Source: an uncultured bacterium
GTDB lineage: Bacteria > Patescibacteriota > Minisyncoccia > UBA6257 > 2-01-FULL-56-20
NCBI GenBank assembly: GCA_963707865.1
Contig: OY970175.1
Coordinates: 396,305 to 460,304 of the forward strand
Reading direction: 5' to 3'
Length of the DNA: 64,000 bases
The position numbers and the translations under genes were made by a program. Every line of letters starts with the position of its first letter. The first letter of the stretch is position 1. The notes beneath the pieces were generated by a model that was given only the letters and a program-made list of their open reading frames with translations, ran no database searches and was not told where the DNA came from. Positions 58,300 through 64,000 of this stretch are shown here, one piece after another.

Positions 58300-59343
58300 T
58301 TAAAGGTTGATTGACAACGGTTTCAAGGGATTATCCAAAAGTTCGCGGTGGGCCTCAAAATCGTCCACCATCTGCCCCAGGCCGCGCGCAACGCAGGTCA
58401 ACGGATCTTCCGCGATGCGGACCGGAACGCCGGTTTCCTTTTCCAAAAGCTCTCCCAGCCCCCGGAGAAGTGCGCCTCCGCCACAAAGCGCGATACCCTG
58501 TTGAAGGATATCCCCCGCAAGCTCCGGCGGCGTTTCCTCAATCACCTCCCGCACTGCCTCCACCACGGCGTGGAGGGATTTCGCAAGCGCCACGCGCACA
58601 TGATTGTTTTTCAGACTGATCTCACGCGGCAAGCCGCTCGTGACGTCGCGGCCGCGGATCGGCACCTCTAACCGCTCGTCCATCGGAACGGCTGACCCCA
58701 CCGCGATCTTCGCGAACTCCGCCGTCGGTTCGCCGATCGCCAAATGGAACTCGTCGCGCACGAAATGTATGATATCTTCGTTAAACCGATCACCCGCTAA
58801 CTTGAGTGTCCGCGCAACCACAGTACCTCCCATGGAAATGACCGCGACATCAGTCGTACCGCCGCCGACGTCCACAATCAGGCTCGCAACGGGAGCCATG
58901 ATGGACAAGCCCGCGCCGAGTGCCGCCGCCGTGGGCGATTCCACGAGATACACTTTTGAGCATCCCGCGTTCAGCGCCGCGTCCTCCACCGATTTCCGTT
59001 CCACTTCCGTCAAATTGTTCGGGATCGAGAGGATCGCCCGCCGGTACGACGTGATCGGGCTCGCCTGCGGCCGGCGCAGGAAATGTCGCAGCATCTCTTC
59101 CGTCATTTCAAAATCGGAGATCACACCGTTCACGAGCGGCCGCACCACATTGATGTGCGCGGGCGTCCGGCCGAGCATCTTCTTTGCTTCGTCGCCCACC
59201 GCGAGAATATGGTTCGTCTTCGTGTTCACTGCCGCGACCGACGGCTCGTTCACCACGATACCCTTTCCCTTAAGATAGATAAGGGAATTGGCCGTCCCGA
59301 GGTCAATGCCGATGTCTTTGAAAATGTTACTGAAAAAAGCCAT
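58300..59343 (-). CDS. mreB: MreB actin-like protein
   Basis: IGIDLGTAN, DVGGGTTD. Confidence 0.96.
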   Translation of the reverse strand: MAFFSNIFKDIGIDLGTANSLIYLKGKGIVVNEPSVAAVNTKTNHILAVGDEAKKMLGRTPAHINVVRPLVNGVISDFEMTEEMLRHFLRRPQASPITSYRRAILSIPNNLTEVERKSVEDAALNAGCSKVYLVESPTAAALGAGLSIMAPVASLIVDVGGGTTDVAVISMGGTVVARTLKLAGDRFNEDIIHFVRDEFHLAIGEPTAEFAKIAVGSAVPMDERLEVPIRGRDVTSGLPREISLKNNHVRVALAKSLHAVVEAVREVIEETPPELAGDILQQGIALCGGGALLRGLGELLEKETGVPVRIAEDPLTCVARGLGQMVDDFEAHRELLDNPLKPLSINL

Positions 59344-59353
59344 ATTCCACTAA

Positions 59354-60592
59354 TTAGTTTGATAATTTCTTCACCGCTGCTTTAATATCCATGATTTCTG
59401 TGTCGGGTTTGCTGCGTCGCTTCATCTCCACCTGACCCTCGCCTAATTTCGGGCTTACGACAAGGCGCCACGGGATGCCGATCAGGTCCGCTTCCGCGAA
59501 CTTTTCGCCCGCGGAGAGGCTCCTGTCGTCATAAAGTACTTCAATTTTTTCATCCTGTAAAGCGCGATATACCGCATCGCCGCGCGCGCCGTTCAAGGCA
59601 AGGAGATGCGCGTGGAACGGAGCCACATTCGCGGGCCAAACGATGCCATTTTTGTCGCTCATGACCTCCACAATCGTAGCCATCACGCGACCAAGCCCGA
59701 TGCCGTATGACCCCATCACCACATATTTTTTTCTGCCTTTCTCGTCGGCGAATTGAAGATTGAACGCCTCGGAATATTTCGTGCCGAGCGGGAAAATATT
59801 GCCGACCTCAATCGCCTTTTCTTCGCTTATGCCGGCGCCACACTTCGGACATTTACCGTGAGCGTTGAGTTTTGAAATCTCCTTGTTCTCTGCGTATTCG
59901 CATTTCTTGCAGAGATAAATCGTATCTTCACCGACATCCGCGACCACCTGGAATTCGTGCGTGTTGCTTGCGGTGAAATCGCCGCCCGCGGCAAGCGTGT
60001 AATACGCCTTCAAACCGCATCGCGCAAAGATCTTTTGATACGCCGCGGCCACGCGATCGTAATATTTGAAGAGGTCCTCCTCGGATGCATGGAAACTATA
60101 GAGGTCCTTCATCAAAAATTCGCGGCCCCGTAAAAGCCCCGACTTCGCGCGCGGCTCGTTCCTGAACTTCGTTTGTATCTGGTACGCCGCGAACGGAAGA
60201 TCTTTATAGGAACTGATGTACTTCGTGCCGATCTCCGCCATGATCTCCTCGTGCGTCCAACTGATGTTGAATCCGGGTTCTTTTTCGCCGGCATCCTTTC
60301 CGCCCGAGATCACTTTGAACACCACATCCACATCCCAGCGTTTCGTCGCCTTCAAATAACGCTTGTCGTGCAGTGCCGCCATAAAGAGCTCCTGGCCGCC
60401 GATCGCATTCATCTCCTCGCGGATGATCCCCGCGATCTTCTGGATCACGCGCCACCCGAGCGGCAGGAACGAGTACACTCCCGCGGAATTTTTATAAATA
60501 AACCCGCCGCGCGTAAGGAGCTCGGCGTTCAATGCCACTTCGTCCTTCGGCGCGGCCCGTGATACCTTCGTAAAAAGCTCCGACTGGCGCAT
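59354..60592 (-). CDS. proS: Proline-tRNA ligase (short form)
   Basis: KFRNEPRAKSGLLRGREFLMKD, MGSYGIG. Confidence 0.95.
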   Translation of the reverse strand: MRQSELFTKVSRAAPKDEVALNAELLTRGGFIYKNSAGVYSFLPLGWRVIQKIAGIIREEMNAIGGQELFMAALHDKRYLKATKRWDVDVVFKVISGGKDAGEKEPGFNISWTHEEIMAEIGTKYISSYKDLPFAAYQIQTKFRNEPRAKSGLLRGREFLMKDLYSFHASEEDLFKYYDRVAAAYQKIFARCGLKAYYTLAAGGDFTASNTHEFQVVADVGEDTIYLCKKCEYAENKEISKLNAHGKCPKCGAGISEEKAIEVGNIFPLGTKYSEAFNLQFADEKGRKKYVVMGSYGIGLGRVMATIVEVMSDKNGIVWPANVAPFHAHLLALNGARGDAVYRALQDEKIEVLYDDRSLSAGEKFAEADLIGIPWRLVVSPKLGEGQVEMKRRSKPDTEIMDIKAAVKKLSN

Positions 60593-60698
60593 TACCCATA
60601 GGTTATCACCGAAACTTCCGATTGGCAAAATAACTGAGATGGATTCTAGTGCTTTGTTTCAAGAGCGCAAACGCGTCGGTCAAGTATAACCATATCCT

Positions 60699-60980
60699 TC
60701 ACACGGCTTTTCCCCTAAGATCGGTTTTAATGGATGCAGTGTCGCCTTTTACCACTTTAATGTCACGTCTCAAAAGTCCCATCTCAATAGATAAAAGATC
60801 AACCTTGCCGCCATATGAATCTATTTTCGCATCCATCCCGTCCATGCGGCTAACAAGGTCGCCATATTGCTCGGCAATTAAAGCAGCTTGGCCCTTGAAA
60901 CATTCCATGGCCACCCCGACAATCTGCCGGAGTTCGGTTTTCAATTCTTCTTTTTCCGATTGTTCCATTACGATCAACAT
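60699..60980 (-). CDS. Small coiled-coil protein
   Basis: IAEQYG plus heptads; start uncertain. Confidence 0.55.
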   Translation of the reverse strand: MLIVMEQSEKEELKTELRQIVGVAMECFKGQAALIAEQYGDLVSRMDGMDAKIDSYGGKVDLLSIEMGLLRRDIKVVKGDTASIKTDLRGKAV

Positions 60981-61069
60981 AGCATACGGATGATTAAAAT
61001 TATATAAAAAAATTGTTAAATTTTTATTAAAAACTATTTGACTTTTGAAACACTTTCTTTATCCTGAAA

Positions 61070-61405
61070 GTAGGTTCCTGCCTCAGGAATAAGGAGTAAT
61101 TCTTACTCTTAGATTTCGACCCTACCGGGGCAATACGTTCATTTCTTATTTGTCGACGAATAAGAAATGAATCAGGAACGTGTCGCCTATCCAACGGTTG
61201 AGGCCACCACCCTACCCCGCCCGATCGTCTTTTTTCCGCGGGGAGGGTAAACCGCAAAAGGATAAAAAGCTCCAAGCGTCTGCCCCTGAAGGTCAGAAAG
61301 CCGCCGTGCACTGCGGGCGCCAATCGAAAGATTGGTGGTCAATGGGAGGATCGCTCATCCGAGCGTGGCGTCTCCCCAGAGGCAGATTCTTGGAGCTTTT
61401 TCTTT
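61070..61405 (+). ncRNA. Candidate structured ncRNA antisense to the 3' end of 61339-61791
   Basis: Promoter 61038-61065; perfect 13-bp stems 61138-61150/61159-61171 and 61264-61276/61389-61401; GAAA tetraloop hairpin. Confidence 0.5.
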
Positions 61406-61791
61406 TTGAGCGATTTGATACCTCTTGGGCTGCGCGAAAACGCCGTTATTATTTCCCTCGCCGGACCTATCTTTTTATTCACAACTACAACAACATCCGC
61501 GCGCACTCTCATCACGCTGCCCGAATAATCTTTTTGATTTTTATTTGGTATCTCAAAGTCAAAATTAACTACTGCATTCGGTATTTGATCAAAAAGCTGT
61601 TTCACTTCTTCAACAGTCCTGCCATCTTCTTTGCGACGCTTGATGACATGAAGTATCCGTTCCTGCGGGAACCACGCATCGCCAAAACACAGTTCGGGAA
61701 ATGAATACGCTATATCAATATATGCGTGGAAAATTTTCCTTATATTTTCTACGGTGCTTACAGCATCCATAATGCCACCGTAGCAAATCAC
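61339..61791 (-). CDS. Hypothetical protein, possible BECR-fold nuclease
   Basis: ILHVIKRR...VVVVV...IITAF pattern; family call is by pattern only. Confidence 0.5.
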   Translation of the reverse strand: MICYGGIMDAVSTVENIRKIFHAYIDIAYSFPELCFGDAWFPQERILHVIKRRKEDGRTVEEVKQLFDQIPNAVVNFDFEIPNKNQKDYSGSVMRVRADVVVVVNKKIGPAREIITAFSRSPRGIKSLKKKKLQESASGETPRSDERSSH

Positions 61792-61809
61792 CGATTAAAT
61801 TTTTCTAAA

Positions 61810-61836
61810 CCACGCGGGTCTGGACGATTTTCGAAC
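61810..61836 (+). repeat. att-like repeat, long form
   Basis: CCACGCGGGTCTGGACGATTTTCGAAC. Confidence 0.75.
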
Positions 61837-61867
61837 AGTTCTCGGACTTGGCTTTGACAAAGTAGCT

Positions 61868-62009
61868 GCGCATGAGCGTTGGTTTTTCGGAGCATCCCGG
61901 AGCCGCAACGGCTTGAGGCGACCCTCAGGTCGCCTGTTGCGGCGAGGGCGAGCGGCGTTTCCCCGCTGGAGGAAACGACCGCGTCTCCGAAAAACCAACG
62001 CTCATGCGC
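61868..62009. repeat. Structured repeat family B, copy 2 (abuts fusA stop)
   Basis: Perfect 25-bp arms GCGCATGAGCGTTGGTTTTTCGGAG. Confidence 0.85.
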
Positions 62010-64000
62010 TAGCGCTTCTTCCCCTCTATAATAAGCTGCGCCACGTTCTGCGGCGTCGGCTCATAGTGATCAAATTCCATAGTAAACGAACCACGGCCCT
62101 GTGACATTGAACGGAGCTCGGTCGCATAGCCGAACATTTCGGAAAGCGGGACTTTCGCGTCAATCACCTTCAGCCCCGGCCGGTCACCAAGCGATTCGAT
62201 GCGGCCACGCTTCGCATTCAATTGTCCGGTCACTTCGCCCAAAAAGTCCGGCGGCACAAGCACCTGCAATTTCATAATCGGTTCCAAAATCACTGGCCTC
62301 GCGCGCTTCGCGGCCTCCTGGAACGCAATGGAACCCGCGATTTTGAATGCCGCCTCCGAGGAGTCCACTTCGTGGAACGAACCGTCGTACAAAGTCACCT
62401 CAACGTCCGTCACGGGATAGTGCGCGAGAATTCCTTTGTCCAGCGCTTCCTTCACGCCCTTCTCTGTCGCCGGAATGAATTCATGAGGGATAACGCCTCC
62501 TTTGATCTCATCCAGAAACACAAAACCCGTTCCGCGCGGAAGGGGCGTCACGCGGAGCCATACATGTCCGTACTGACCGCGGCCACCGGACTGACGGATA
62601 TACTTTCCTTCCGCTTCCGCCTCGCCCATAATTGTTTCTTTGTATGCCACTTGAGGCCGGCCCACGTTCGCTTCCACGCCAAACTCCCGCTTCATGCGAT
62701 CCACAATAATCTCCAAGTGTAGCTCGCCCATGCCAGAAATGATCGTCTCGCCGGTGTCCGGATCCCCCGCCACCCGGAAAGTCGGGTCCTCCTCGGCCAA
62801 ACGGTGCAGGGCTGTGCCCATTTTTTCCTGGTCTGCCTTTGTTTTCGGTTCAATGCGGATACCGATCACGGGTTCGGGGAAAGTGATGCGCTCCAAGACG
62901 ATGGGCGTTTCTGGATCGCAAAGCGTGTCCCCTGTCGTCGTATTTTTCAAACCAACGATCGCCGCAATCTCGCCCGCATAAACCTCTTCCACCTCCTCGC
63001 GATCGTTCGCATGCATGCGGACCACGCGACCGATGCGCTCCTGGTTGTTCTTGGTGGAATTCAAAATGTACGAACCGCGCTTCAGGACGCCGGAATAGTT
63101 TCTGAAATATGCGAGCGTGCCTACGTAAGGGTCGGTCGCGATTTTGAACGCGAGTGCCGAGAACGGCTCTTCGTCTTTTGGATAGCGCTCCACCTCTGCA
63201 CCCGTCTTTAGGTCGTGGCCCTTCACAGGTGGCAGGTCTGTCGGCGCCGGCAAGTATTCAACCACCGCATCCAGCACGAACTGCACCCCCTTGTTCTTCA
63301 ATGCCGAGCCGCAGAAGACCGGTACGATCTTGTTCGCGATCACCGCTTTGCGCAGCACGCGGCGAAGCTCTTCAATACCGATCTCCTTTCCGTCCAGATA
63401 TGCTGCCATCGCTTCGTCGTCGTTTTCAGCAATTTTTTCAATCAGCTCGTGGCGGCGCTTTGCAATGTCTGCCTTCATATCGTCCGGGATCGTGATTTCA
63501 ACTATCTTCTCACCATGCTCGCCCTCAGAGGTATATGCCTTGTTTGAAAGGAGGTCTACGATCCCCTTAAAATTTTCTTCCAAACCGATTGGCAGCTGCA
63601 CCGGGATGGCATGCGGCGTGAGCCGGTCAAGAATTGATTGAAAACTCCCCATAAAGTTCGCGCCCATCCGATCGAGTTTATTGATAAAGCAGATGCGCGG
63701 CACGTTGTATTCGTCCGCATAGCGCCAATTCGTCTCCGACTGCGGCTCAACGCCCGCGACACCGTCAAACACGACGACTGCGCCGTCGAGAACCCTAAGC
63801 GACCGCTTCACCTCTACCGTAAAGTCAATGTGTCCCGGCGTATCAATAAGGTTGATGCGGTGCTCATACTTTTTGTCGTGGTTGCGGTAGGTCGGCGTCC
63901 AGAACGCGGTCGTCGCGGCGGACGTGATCGTAATGCCGCGCTCGCGCTCCTGTTCCATCCAGTCCATCACGGTATCCCCCGTGTGCACCTCGCCGATCTT
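62009..64000 (-). CDS. fusA: Elongation factor G (N-terminus beyond window)
   Basis: [26 protein letters not shown]. Confidence 0.99.
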   Translation of the reverse strand, partial: KIGEVHTGDTVMDWMEQERERGITITSAATTAFWTPTYRNHDKKYEHRINLIDTPGHIDFTVEVKRSLRVLDGAVVVFDGVAGVEPQSETNWRYADEYNVPRICFINKLDRMGANFMGSFQSILDRLTPHAIPVQLPIGLEENFKGIVDLLSNKAYTSEGEHGEKIVEITIPDDMKADIAKRRHELIEKIAENDDEAMAAYLDGKEIGIEELRRVLRKAVIANKIVPVFCGSALKNKGVQFVLDAVVEYLPAPTDLPPVKGHDLKTGAEVERYPKDEEPFSALAFKIATDPYVGTLAYFRNYSGVLKRGSYILNSTKNNQERIGRVVRMHANDREEVEEVYAGEIAAIVGLKNTTTGDTLCDPETPIVLERITFPEPVIGIRIEPKTKADQEKMGTALHRLAEEDPTFRVAGDPDTGETIISGMGELHLEIIVDRMKREFGVEANVGRPQVAYKETIMGEAEAEGKYIRQSGGRGQYGHVWLRVTPLPRGTGFVFLDEIKGGVIPHEFIPATEKGVKEALDKGILAHYPVTDVEVTLYDGSFHEVDSSEAAFKIAGSIAFQEAAKRARPVILEPIMKLQVLVPPDFLGEVTGQLNAKRGRIESLGDRPGLKVIDAKVPLSEMFGYATELRSMSQGRGSFTMEFDHYEPTPQNVAQLIIEGKKR

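Noticed and set aside
61027-61323. 98-aa minus-strand ORF
   Set aside because: No motifs, and it overlies strongly base-paired sequence with a plus-strand promoter; an RNA reading fits better.

Overview
64 kb from a bacterium that looks like a Patescibacteria/CPR (Parcubacteria-like) lineage, using genetic code 11. This is inferred from the missing rpmD, promoters placed very close to start codons, and CPR-style gene order. About 1-13.95 kb is the right part of an integrated element ending at the 3' end of tRNA-Glu(CUC). It carries two DNA methyltransferases, terminase small and large subunits with no portal or capsid after them, and a cluster of membrane or secreted proteins behind a structured leader. 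It also carries a complete diversity-generating retroelement (DGR) and a large serine recombinase. In the DGR, all 18 TR/VR mismatches are at TR adenines, avd is inverted, and the RT is frameshifted inside an (AG)14 tract. The rest is mostly minus-strand backbone: ftsI/rsmH/mraZ, rplJL, rpmG, five tRNAs in total (tRNA-Thr(GGU) has a group I intron), dnaE, lysS, greA, map, two adk, secY, the S10/spc r-protein cluster, tuf, rplU, galT, mrdA/mreBCD, proS and fusA. Overlaid on the backbone is an unexplained system. Eight co-oriented 22/27-bp repeats resembling a tRNA 3' end delimit small accessory gene cassettes, and long bulged hairpins sit at the stop codons of housekeeping genes. A shared TTAA-N7-TTAA-N7-TTGACT promoter occurs three times; two copies fire structured RNAs antisense to nuclease-like ORFs. 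All alignments and folds were done by eye, with no database searches.
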